Assembly: GCA_013115145.1 (NCBI GenBank)
Contig: JAAPAO010000095.1
Location: 16,005-80,004, forward strand
Direction: 5' to 3'
DNA: 64,000 nt
DNA from: Perkinsus chesapeaki ATCC PRA-425
Taxonomy: Eukaryota; Protista; Perkinsozoa
Position 1 is the first letter of the stretch. Every line of letters starts with the position of its first letter. Under the pieces are notes generated by a model. It searched no databases. It was not told the DNA's origin and worked only from the letters and a program-made list of their open reading frames with translations. The position numbers and the translations under genes were made by a program. This document shows, piece by piece, positions 1 to 10,441 of the stretch.

Positions 1-639
1 GTACCCCTCGCCTTCCACTGGGCGACATGCATTAAACTAAATACCTTACTTAACAGACTCGAACACAACAAAGACTAGCCATTATAGCGACGACGACTGC
101 TGCTGAAGCCTTTCATAAGGAGATTAATGGCAACGACCTCGATGCTGCCTTTCGCCGCCGACCATCATCAATAGGACACCTTCGATCCCCCCGTGCAGTC
201 CCATGCGGGGCTAGTAGGAATTCTTAACGACGTAAAAGGGTCATTGCCATTGGATATGAGCATATGAATTAGAGCTGGTCTTTAACCACACGTCGACTAT
301 CAACTACGTAGTTAGCAATGACAAAGTTCTATACAGCTTCCTACGTATCAGACGGAAGTGCACTTGAAGTTATTCCACAGAGGCTTCCCAGCATTAATTA
401 TACAGGCCACTACATTTATATAGCATCTCCTCCTGGAATGGATCCGGTCTACGAAAGTCGGAGCTTGCGGAATTAATCATTTCCAGTTTTGTAAGCACCG
501 GGTGTGACCACCATCCAACAGAACGGTAGTTCTACCTCTTTTCTGCGACATTGATCTCTACTGTGAACTTCCAAAAAGCTTTACATCCGTCGAGAATTCT
601 TATGAATTCTTGTTGAATAAATATGCCTTAAAATTGACA

Positions 640-1000
640 TCACACAAATAAACTGCCTTCACTCCATAGTAAAAGTCTACAAGTCAACAGCAGGAGGAGG
701 AGCAGGAGGAGGAGGACGAGGTCGATTCTGCATCGAGCCAGGACGTATATTAGGGAGGGCTGCCTGACTTTGACCCACTGCATGCACTTCGTCGATCGTA
801 TTACACAGTGGTATGAACAATACCAGGAATAGTACCTTAGCATTCTCAGTAAGCGACGCTTCAAGTTGCGCCGATCTCGAGAGGGACAACTTGCACAAAG
901 GCGGCGACATGAACAGGAAAACAACTGACACTCAGGACCTGATATAGAGCTAATCAAAGTATAAAGCCTTACCATTGGAAGTAGCAACTCCGCTACTCAT
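640..1000 (-). CDS. Small hypothetical spliced gene (frame after the first intron uncertain)
   Basis: ATG at 1000 (MSSGVATSN) followed by a GTAAGG donor. Two alternative acceptors lead into ORF 640..987 or ORF 677..931 (Pro-rich tail). No recognisable family. Confidence 0.3.
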
Positions 1001-1177
1001 ATACAGTAACAGGTAAATAATTCTAAGTAAAGAGGGGACTGCCATTTACACTGTTAAATTCTGGTGCGGACCGTGCTCCACGGCTAGCGCTAGCGGCGAT
1101 AAGTTCTCAGTGCAGTCGGTAGTTTAACCTTCAAAGTATCTTAGCCTTACCTAGTTTATTTAATAAGATTCTTCCTC

Positions 1178-2087
1178 ATGGCTAATAAAGGGTTTGTTCC
1201 AACATTTAAAGACCTTTACCATGCAGCAGATGGTGAGAGCTACAACTGGAGTAATGGTATGTTCACCGATTGGTGTAAAGATCCTTGGATTGCTTTGGTG
1301 AGTCATTACACCATCATGGATTTCATTTTTGCACTGATAATCGGCAGGCTATTAAGTGACCGTGAAATACACCAAAGCCTCTAGATCATGAACCGAAAAT
1401 ATCGAAATGGTACTTCAACGATATATCGAGCACTTCGAGAACCGGCTGGCTTTCACTCATAAAATTTGACGACCAGAGGGCTTTGCTTCCGGACTTTACG
1501 TATAAGAGGGCTTTGGTGTTACACAGTCAGATTTGAAGTTGAATAACTCTCAATCTTTCCCATCGAACCTATTCAGGGATCCTTTTTCTGCATACCATGC
1601 GCTCGTGGTATGTTAACCCAGAAGACAAGTACCGGAGACTTCCTGCCTTCTTGCCTCATGAATTGCGTATGTCCATGCTTTGCCGATTGCAGTCATAATA
1701 TAGCAGCAAGGCAGCAAATACGTGATGAATACGGTGTGCAAGGTGAGGGGTACTTGGTGATATCTCATACCGTATTCTTATTATCAGGGACAATATTGGA
1801 GGATTACTGTCTGTTGGGTTGCAGGCCTTGCTCAGCCGCACAGGAACTCAACCAATTGGGAGTCAACTCTGACGTCATCGAGAGTGACGTAAGCCCCCTT
1901 AATAGTTTCAGCTGCCTAGAGCGGATGATAGGTACGACAAGCTGTTGACAACATGAGAAGCAGCAAGAACACCCCAGACACCAGCACACACCAACAGGCT
2001 TTCGGCCAGGCCGCTGCCGGAAGCTCGCCAAGCACTGCTCCAGCAACAGCTGCTGCTCCTGTACAGGATACAATGAATGCCGCATAA
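1178..2087 (+). CDS. PLAC8/cornifelin (Cys-rich, DUF614) family protein, paralog 1; 3 introns
   Basis: Spliced translation MANKGFVPTFKDLY..WSNGMFTDWC..|GSFFCIPCARG..CSHNIAARQQIRDEYGVQG|TILEDYCLLGCRPCSAAQELNQL matches the PLAC8 pattern (W..GL, CCxPC, R..IR..Y.I.G, D....C..C...QE). Stop at 2085-2087. Confidence 0.85.
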
Positions 2088-2372
2088 GCTCGGCAATAGC
2101 CATTATTGAATCACCACCAACTTCGATGGGTTGTTCACTTCCTTAGTGCCACTAAGGAGTATATTTTACATCCAAATGACCACCCCAAGTGTTTCCAGCT
2201 CAATCTTGATTTGTGTTCAAAAGTTTGCAAGTGTTATTTCGTTAGTCGAGTAAGTCTGAGGACAATGAAGGGCCCATAAGACGCGGGTCATCATCTGTGG
2301 GTGGTTCAGGGAGTTTGTAATGCAACCAGCAGAGGCTCACCTTAACTTAGCCATACCAGTCACATTACCGCT

Positions 2373-3001
2373 ATGTCTAATAACCCCGGATTCCAGCATA
2401 CATTTGATGAACTCTATGAACCTGCCGATGGCAAGGACTATAATTGGACCAATGGTCTCTTCAGTGGATGGCTTAGCAACGTCCCGGTTTGCATGGTATG
2501 CGTTAAGGTGAGCCAGCAGCAGCAGGTGGTCACTGCTACTGTTAGGCCTCTTTATGCTGCTTTTCCTGCTCTCGTGGATATCTAACCGCCAAGGCCGGTG
2601 GTAACTTCTGGCCGTCATGCCTAATGAACACCCTTGGATGTGGACTGGGTGATTGCAGCCATAATATTGTGGCGCGCCGATCTGTTCGTCATCAGCATGG
2701 TATCCAAGGTAGGCTGTACGATAGTAATGATTAATCCATTGCCGATTATCATCAGGCACAATTGTCGAGGATTACTGCCAGCTAGCTTGCTGCCCCGCGT
2801 GCTCTGCTGCCCAAGAACTTAACCAACTAGGTGTCACTACTGATATGGTTAAGAGTGATGTAAGTGCCAGGTGTTGTGGTATCTCTGTATTGTTATTATT
2901 AGTATCGTAACCGTAAAACAATGGCATCAACCACTCCCCTCGAGACCTCGGCTGCGCCTACTCCTGTGCAGACAGCACCGGTTCAGGACAATATGAATTG
3001 A
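2373..3001 (+). CDS. PLAC8 family protein, paralog 2; 3 introns
   Basis: MSNNPGFQHTFDELY..WTNGLFSGWL..|ASLCCFSCSRG..CSHNIVARRSVRHQHGIQG|TIVEDYCQLACCPACSAAQELNQL. Intron positions match paralog 1. Confidence 0.85.
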
Positions 3002-3438
3002 TATATCTTGATCATTATTTTCATCTTAGTCGATCCGTGGCACATGCCCGACTTTTGATAATCCTTTCTTATTGCCAATTCCCCTTGAGTTTGTAAAGAG
3101 AATTTCACACATGTCCACTCGTTCTCAGAGCTAATCTCAGAGCAACAGGCCAATACCGATACTTACAGTCTTGCAAACACCCCGGGCCTGAACGATCACA
3201 GCAGTGACTGCTAAATGTGTGGCCGCGTACGCTTGGGCGAGCGCTAAAGTTTTAATGCAATGTGCAGGAACATTGTTATTGTCGCTTGGCGCTTCCGTGT
3301 CTCAGATAGGGCGATAGCTCTGCCCTGGTTCCTGAGTCTTCGCCAGTCAGCCCACTCTTTGCTGTCTGGACGTCTCAACGATTCCTCTTTCGGTGTCTCA
3401 TGCTGCTCGAATTGAATGAGTTCAGTTGATCTTTAATA

Positions 3439-4027
3439 ATGTGCTCCAAGTTCATCCCAACCTTGAAGGAGCTCATCTCAGCAGCTGATGGTAAGGATGA
3501 TGGATGGAAGAATGGTCTCCTCACTGGTTGGATCAAGAACCCTCCTATGTGTTTGGTAATCCTATCCCCCTTCTATCATATAAGCCTGTCATTCAGTTCG
3601 GTTGCTGCTGTCACCCCTGCGCTCGTGGTGTTGTCGCCGCCAAGACCGATGACTCCTTTTTCCTGGCCTGCTGCATGAACTGTTGCTGCCCAGTGTGTGC
3701 TCACTGTAGCCACAACCTGCCCATGAGGAAGGCTGTTAGGGAGAAGGACAGCATCAAAGGTAATCAGCCCTCAGACGTCTTTACCGTTAGTGTATCTCTT
3801 TAGGGGACATCAGAGTCGATTGCTGTGCCATGGAAATGTGTACCTGCTGCGCCGTGACCCAGGAACTCAACCAACTCGGCGTCAAAGCCAACAAGGAGAA
3901 CTTCGAAGCTGTAGGTTTGCTCTAGCATTATGCTTGTTCACAGCCACTTGTTCAGGCCAAGGCTGGCTTAGGTGAGGAGGCCGATAAAGCGAAGGCCGAG
4001 GTAGCCCCGAAGCAAGAGAGTATGTAA
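3439..4027 (+). CDS. PLAC8 family protein, paralog 3; 3 introns
   Basis: MCSKFIPTLKEL..WKNGLLTGWI..|FGCCCHPCARG..CSHNLPMRKAVREKDSIKG|DIRVDCCAMEMCTCCAVTQELNQL. Ends APKQESM*. Confidence 0.85.
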
Positions 4028-4174
4028 TTGAAGTGTAGATTGAGAGCATGATAGTGTTGACTGTGACTCGCCACGGACTGCATTGGCAGGTGGTATGTCA
4101 CTCAGTGAGTTAACCGTTCATTGTTGTTGTGTATTGGGAGTTATTGGGGTCACCAGGGTGGAATGTGGTTTGGG

Positions 4175-5252
4175 ATGGAGGACGCTTCATCACTAGACCG
4201 TCGGGCGCAGCTTCTCGCCGCTGGAAGGAGGCTGAGGGCAACGCTAACGGGTTTATCGAGGGGAGCTGCGAGCAGTAGCACTGTAGACAGCAGCTCCATT
4301 GGGGCCTACTCGGATGAGCCGTCGATGGCATTGGGCCAAGACATTGAGCGCTACTTTACGGAAGGTTAGGAAGCAGGCAGAGGCTACCGTGGAGCTTCAG
4401 TGTCCTCAGGGGACTCCTCCACTGGGAGAGATTCAATGCAGCTGGACGACATTACACCAGATGGCTTATCCTCGGCAGCTCAAGGAGGATACACTTGTAC
4501 ACCTGATAGCCCACCTGTATCTCCACCTCACCGTCGAGTATCGGTGCCGAGGATACCCATTGCTGGTCTACCGGTTAATCATCAAGGATCACCGGAGAGA
4601 AGTGTGAGTTCCTCGTCCGTTGCTTGCCAATGCTATCCGACTTTGGAGGAGTCCACAGCAGAGCTGCTCCGGTCTGAGCTTACTACTGTGATGGACCAGC
4701 GCCTGAGGAGACTGGAGCAATCTCTGACTGAACAACTGGCTTCACATGTGGGGAGGATTGAGGAACGATTGTTCGGTCTAGAGAAGGCTATGAGGAAGCT
4801 TCAGCCGGGTACGGATAGAGCTGCTTTGCACATTCTATTATGTCTCGTGTTCCTGTCAGGTGCTGAGATGAAACCACAGGTGTGGCGCATAGTGGATATT
4901 TGGCAAACTTCAAAGCATGCTTCCTGAATCACCAATGCTTGTCGAGCTGGCATCGATGGCTATTGAAAAATGCAAGACCTCTTTTACTGAGGCGAGTATT
5001 TCGGTGACTCGAAAACGCTCGGGACTTCCTCCGCCTCGATAGGCATTGACAATGGGCTGCTCGGACATCGTCTGGATTTACAATGGGAATCGGGAATTGG
5101 ATGGGAGGGCACTCGAACTTCGAACTGCTGTCTGCATCGGGCGTCAGCTGCTTCCAAAACAAGACATCGACGTCGGATATTATCGCTACAATCTATCAGT
5201 AATTCCTCGGGCAGCATCGATTCTCTTCCGCTATGTGCAGCTTATACGATGA
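4175..5252 (+). CDS. Hypothetical Ser-rich protein with a short coiled coil; several introns
   Basis: ORFs 4121..4369 and 4400..4927 are in frame and joined by a 36-nt GT-AG intron (4365..4400). Coiled-coil-like MDQRLRRLEQSLTEQL..LEKAMRKL. The 3' exons are uncertain. Confidence 0.55.
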
Positions 5253-5338
5253 TATAGATCGAAACAACAGTAGCCTCGTCGCCAAAGTTAGTTAACATAG
5301 CGCATTTTTCGACCCTTGCTTCGCAGCCTTTATTTCCT

Positions 5339-8302
5339 ATGCCCCCGGGGAAGCCTCGAGGTTTCCGGACGAAGCCATCGACGGCAATTATGAGTGATGG
5401 GAAGCAGTCGCTGCGTCATGACTTCCCTCGTCCACTGTCGAGGAGGGAGCAAGACTTCCTACATAGGGAAATGGAGCGAGAGCTGATGAAAGCTCCATCT
5501 CTACTATCAACGAGCTTCCCTCCTACTCAGCTCCTTCCAAAGCTAACAGCAATCTCCTATCACTCTAAGCTGGCCTTGTCCCTCGAGCACGCGGTGAAGG
5601 CGAGCGACGATGATCTCGATAGGGTGCTCAAGAACGTGTACGATGTCGTTGAGTCGCTGGATTCTCGAGAGCATCTTTCTTCGCCTGACCCTCGTCTGCA
5701 GGGGCTGCTGGCCCGAGTCAGCAACCGAGTAGACAAGTCATCGGTCGACACACTGTTTTACGCTGCCATGCTGGGCTATAGTATCGGCCGTTTCAACTGC
5801 GATCAGATATTCGAGGAGATATTGTCGGTTCGTCGAGTCTACGAGCTGCGGCCATTGGACTTGGTTAAGCTATTCCGCGCGAGAGCCTCGAGAGGAATGC
5901 CGACCGACAGGGAGTGGCAAATCCTGGCGTCTATGGTGACGAGCGACATTCGGCTGGAGGCGCTGGTGCCCCTATTGGAGCTACTGTCTCACGCGAAGGT
6001 CGAGGAGCCTACTTCGTGGGAGCAGGCTCTTGCATCCCTATCATGGCTCACCTTGGCTGTGCCGGAGTTTCTTGCTACACTCAGTGCACTAAAGGATTGC
6101 CCAGATGTGAACCTTGCCGCCAAGCACTGCGCTCGGGCTGTAAATGCGTTAGATGAAGGCCTAGTCTACGAGCTCCTATCCCTATCCGACCGAGACACTC
6201 TCCTGTTCACACTGGCCATCCTGAAGCACAGGTTCGAATCCCAGGTCCTCTGCCCTCATCCCTTACAGATTGAGGTGGCCGACGGGCCGGCTAGGATGCT
6301 AGCGAGGAGACTGGCTTCCGACATGAACCTCGAGCAGGCAGCGTTCCCCAGAATGTGCCGAGTTTCAATGGCCCTTGTACAGCTCGGTCGGTTGCCAGAT
6401 TGGACGGTGAAGGCCATCGAAAGTCGCCTTGCTTCACCAAGGCTTCTTCTCCTTCCTTCGGCTGGTGTTCAACCCACCGACCTCCTCAGTCTATTGTGGG
6501 CGCTTCATCGGTGGCCTAATGCCTGGCGTCGACGGCCCGAGTGGGGGGCACCTAACGGCCTCGGCGCGCAACTCCATATGGCACTTCGAGCGCACCTTAC
6601 TGCCGGTACGATGACAGCGAGAATGCTACTAACCGCCGTAGAGTGTTTGGCATCTATCACTACTAGACGAACCAAGCCGGTGCTTCTCGATGCCATGCGA
6701 GAGGCTGCTAGGCTAGCACTGGAGGAGGGAGCTGATCTCACTGTTAATGAGGTCTGCATGGCCGCCACTACCTACACTGTTCGGTTGCAGTTGGCCGCTA
6801 TAGAGCCTCAGACGGCTGTTGGGTTCCTCCAACTTGTCCATCAGGCAGGCCTGGACAAGCTCACAACACCACAGCTTGCTGACCTCTGCGAAGTACACTC
6901 GCATTCCCGAATCATAACGGGGCTTCCAGAGACCCTCGACCGGCTTGCGAAACGGCTCGAGAATACGGGCGGTCTGATTGCCCCTGCAGTAGCTGCCAGA
7001 GTGTTGGTCTCCGGTGCCAAGATGCAAATAGCAGCACCTGAGGGGTTGATACTGGCCCTTGCCAAGGCCGTTAGTGCTACCGATACTTTACATCCAAGAG
7101 TGGGGGCTCGTAGCTTATGGGGCATCATAGCTTGGCTCGCCGGACGGAAGGGTGAGCCTGGCCTGCCAGATGAGGTAGAGAAGTTGGCTTTGGCCGTAGC
7201 AACTAGGGAGTCTATGGAGACTGTGCTGGAGCATAGAGGCGTCTCGGGCATGCTGTGGCAAGCTCTAAGCTTACCGCAGACAGATCCAGTCATCCGTGAG
7301 GCGTTGGAGGGGTACAGGCATCACTTGCTAGCATTAGATCAGATCGATGAATACAAACTCATCCAGTCGGGGCGCGTTGATATTGATGGGTTGTTGGAGC
7401 AGGCGGGCCTTGGTCGAAGTGAGGAACTTATAGCTGGGGAGGACAGACGACCTCAGCTGCCTACTGGATCGGGGAAGCCAAACCCAGACCAGGGTTCCAT
7501 TGAACGTCTTCATGAATTCAAATTTGATCTAGCTCTGCCTGATGTCCCCACGGTGGGAGAAGGATCTCTGCCTGGCATTGTAGATGATGACGACGGGGAC
7601 CTTCCCGAGACGCTGAATGACATGCGTCACATTCTGGGGGAAACGTCATGGAGGGAGCTGGTCCAACTAGATGACGAGGGCATGCCACCTTCGAAAGGCA
7701 TTCAAAGTGCTTCTGAGCATCGCTTGCCCGAACTCACTGAGGAGGATCTCGACTCGCCAAAGGACGCATCCTATCTGGCCGGGCTCCGAGCGGCGGCTTT
7801 AAAGCGAACCCCTCGAGCAGCATTCCCTAAACTTCAGGGGCTCATGGCTGACATCCTCAGCGCTCTTAAAGTGTGTCAGAAGCTGCCTCGGTTGGAGAAT
7901 GAATTAGATCACGAGTGGCACAAAGACAGTGGAGGTTTTGAGTATGCGCCGAGACTGCATGAACAATTTGATCTGGATTGGCTGCACAAAGGCGCCAATA
8001 TTGGTATACGGGTTTTGGGCCCGAAAAGTTTCGCACTTGACGACCAGCGGCATCTCCTCTGTGATGCTAAGATGGCTGCATTACAGTTTGAAGGGCAAGG
8101 CATTCACGTTATAATTGTGCATTCGGATGACCTATCGGCAGCATATAAAGCTGGCGAAAGTGAGTTGAAGAAAAGAGTGAGACGCGCCAACCGTCTCCCT
8201 GAGACTTCCGACAGCTGCGCTACTCTGCGGCGAAACATCAATATTGTACTCGGTGTGGAGGAAGGGTTTGCCGAGCATTCAGTGTGCCTTCATGAATCGT
8301 AG
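5339..8302 (+). CDS. Intronless 987-aa helical-repeat protein with a C-terminal RAP-like domain (probable organellar RNA-binding protein)
   Basis: Long uninterrupted ORF of Leu/Ala-rich amphipathic helices (e.g. LLSLLWALHRW, RSLWGIIAW). The C-terminal FDLDWLHKGANIGIRVLGPKSF..LLCDAKMAALQFEGQGIHVIIVH resembles the RAP consensus D....aiEvdGP.HF..lK...L...Gw.vv.v. Confidence 0.65.
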   Translation: MPPGKPRGFRTKPSTAIMSDGKQSLRHDFPRPLSRREQDFLHREMERELMKAPSLLSTSFPPTQLLPKLTAISYHSKLALSLEHAVKASDDDLDRVLKNVYDVVESLDSREHLSSPDPRLQGLLARVSNRVDKSSVDTLFYAAMLGYSIGRFNCDQIFEEILSVRRVYELRPLDLVKLFRARASRGMPTDREWQILASMVTSDIRLEALVPLLELLSHAKVEEPTSWEQALASLSWLTLAVPEFLATLSALKDCPDVNLAAKHCARAVNALDEGLVYELLSLSDRDTLLFTLAILKHRFESQVLCPHPLQIEVADGPARMLARRLASDMNLEQAAFPRMCRVSMALVQLGRLPDWTVKAIESRLASPRLLLLPSAGVQPTDLLSLLWALHRWPNAWRRRPEWGAPNGLGAQLHMALRAHLTAGTMTARMLLTAVECLASITTRRTKPVLLDAMREAARLALEEGADLTVNEVCMAATTYTVRLQLAAIEPQTAVGFLQLVHQAGLDKLTTPQLADLCEVHSHSRIITGLPETLDRLAKRLENTGGLIAPAVAARVLVSGAKMQIAAPEGLILALAKAVSATDTLHPRVGARSLWGIIAWLAGRKGEPGLPDEVEKLALAVATRESMETVLEHRGVSGMLWQALSLPQTDPVIREALEGYRHHLLALDQIDEYKLIQSGRVDIDGLLEQAGLGRSEELIAGEDRRPQLPTGSGKPNPDQGSIERLHEFKFDLALPDVPTVGEGSLPGIVDDDDGDLPETLNDMRHILGETSWRELVQLDDEGMPPSKGIQSASEHRLPELTEEDLDSPKDASYLAGLRAAALKRTPRAAFPKLQGLMADILSALKVCQKLPRLENELDHEWHKDSGGFEYAPRLHEQFDLDWLHKGANIGIRVLGPKSFALDDQRHLLCDAKMAALQFEGQGIHVIIVHSDDLSAAYKAGESELKKRVRRANRLPETSDSCATLRRNINIVLGVEEGFAEHSVCLHES

Positions 8303-8456
8303 TTTCTGGAACTTGATCGACTGTTGTGTTGGAGTAGCTGAATCATCGTTATCGGATTCCGTGGAAGCGCTGGGCTAGCACAGTGCAATCTGGTCAGATG
8401 TACACTGTAGGCCATCGAAGGCGGTCCCGGAAACGCAAAATATGGCTACAAAGCTA

Positions 8457-8528
8457 GGGCTGTGCCGAGAATTGAACTCGGGACCTCTCGCACCCTAAGC
8501 GAGAATCATACCACTAGACCACACAGCC
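8457..8528 (-). tRNA. tRNA-Pro(AGG)
   Basis: Reverse complement GGCTGTG TG GTC TAGTGGTAT GAT T CTCGC TT AGG GT GCGAG AGGTC CCGAG TTCAATT CTCGG CACAGCC C folds into a complete 72-nt cloverleaf. A T4 tract lies about 16 nt downstream. Confidence 0.95.
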
Positions 8529-8643
8529 GATACGCTCAATATAACCGCTCGTGACTGGTGGGGGCGCTGTATTGATCCACTGAGTAACCCAACGATGCAC
8601 GATGCCGACATCAAACGTGGGACAATTCAGAGCATGCGATGGT

Positions 8644-10301
8644 TCAAGCGGGACAGGCTGCCAAACTAGTGATGCACCCAGTCTCCTTTTCTCCCAGAGC
8701 ACGACTCGCTTCCAACGCCGATCCGTCAATCATTACCTGCAATAAGCCATTCAGTAACAGTCAGGTACAGAATATTCCTACGTTTTGGCCAGCCTCCACA
8801 TCTTCCGTAGCTACTTCAGTGCCGGAATGTGGTTTAGATTGGTGGGACTCTATCAGACGGACTGCAGCCGATTCAAGATCACTCCAAGGTTTGAGTGTAT
8901 CCATCACGTCGTTGAGGAAATCTTTCTGCTGCATAATATCCTAAAAGATACCCAATGAAGGATCTGTACTGTTAAAGACTTGGTCGATATCAAAAGGAAA
9001 TTTCTGTCAGAGCTCCACGGACCGCGGTACCTTCACGGGAGCATGCCATCGGCTTCTGTCTGCCCCAAAGTTAGTCCGCGCTGACGCTATTGGTGCCCAC
9101 AGGCGGTCAACCTGTAGAACAGGTCAATGCGACCAGAAAAGATGAGTCGACTATATGCTCACCGGGAATGCAATGACGAAGATGCATGCAACAACAGCCA
9201 TCTCGATGCAGGTGAGGGTTTCCTCGAGGACCACCAGGGACTTGCGGACATTCGGTATGGACTAAAAAGGGAACAGTCTTCCCATCTATGTGTTGTATAG
9301 GCTTACCGAGTTAAACCGTATTAGACCGAGCTCGACCAGCAGCATGAGAGCTGTGTTCTGGGCCCATGGGAAGAATACGATAAACTTGATCAAGAGGAAC
9401 TTCGGAAATGGTCCGAAAGGATCGAGCATCTCTCGAGTGGCGCGATAGAGCATCCCCAACGAGTAACTGCGATGGTGAATGTAAGTATGATGAGCAGCTG
9501 CTCTCACATGGCAAGGGAGACGGACGTGTTAACTATAGCCGTCAAGGTGAGGAATGCCACTCTGTTGTCTAAGGTGTCCTCGGTGTAAATACCAAAACCA
9601 TGGCAGAGGAGCACCGCCACTGATGAGAGTGGCTTCAGTATCTGCACACATAAGAATGATATCGAATATCTTCGGGAGCCGGTAGGCAACAATATGCCTT
9701 CTTCAAAAGCCGGCCGGGCGTCGTCCTTGGCACATCGACTCCTACCACAAACTGAATGCATCCTGTCCGTAATATCCACAGCAGTTTATCATCTAATGGC
9801 ATGGGCTTTGGCATGAACCAGCATAGAGGCCAGAGCCAATGGACACGATGACCATGATCGAAGTGAAGGAGCAAGCGACGTGCTCCACCTGACAGCCAGG
9901 CAAACTACACAAACAAAACCACTGCCGTCGCTGTTACTCACCCAAGTAGTTCACATTGAGGACCATGAACATATATAGTGCATAAGCCTCGTAGGCATCT
10001 CGAATGAGGGCAAAGGCATATCTTTTGCTGGGATGGAGGACACTAGCCCAAGCACATAGGGAATAGATCGGGACAAGGAGTATTATACGCGCAATGTAAA
10101 CCTACATAGCAGTTTAATACACTCGATGTGAGAACCTAGACTAACCTGAAACTCAGGTGCCACCCACTTCCTAGCATGCATAGAGAGATGGGAAAGGGCA
10201 ACAGCTAGACAGACGCCAGTGCTGAGAGATGCTATCGCTACCGCGCTGATGGAGGGCAGACTTGGGATGAGCGTTTCAAGATACCAATAACTCGAATGCA
10301 T
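8644..10301 (-). CDS. TMEM184 / organic solute transporter alpha family membrane protein; multi-exon
   Basis: Spliced translation contains LVPIYSLCAWASVLHP..ALIRDAYEAYALYMFMVLNVNYLG, GCIQFV.LKP, YSLGMLYRATREMLDPFGPFPKFLLIKFIVFFPWAQ and LTCIEM, which are hallmark OSTalpha/TMEM184 motifs. Stop at 8644-8646. Confidence 0.85.
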
Positions 10302-10441
10302 GTTCAGAGTAAGGTACCAACCAAGAGGGGCATTCAAAAAAGAAAGGGGCCTGGCAGAACATAGTCCAACAGTTGCACCTGATGGGAGGGCTAGCGCAAC
10401 ACTCCACCAGATCGGAGACAACGCTTATCCAGGATAGAAGT

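Noticed and set aside
302-313. 12-bp palindrome AACTACGTAGTT and similar 10-12-bp palindromes
   Set aside because: About 16 such 12-mers are expected by chance in 64 kb.
6228-6250. GGTTCGAATCCC T-loop-like word inside the RAP ORF
   Set aside because: No T-stem pairing, acceptor stem or anticodon arm.
8279-8400. Apparent 3' overlap of a minus-strand reading frame with the RAP gene end
   Set aside because: The TMEM184 gene terminates at 8644. The short antisense frame has no start or splice support.
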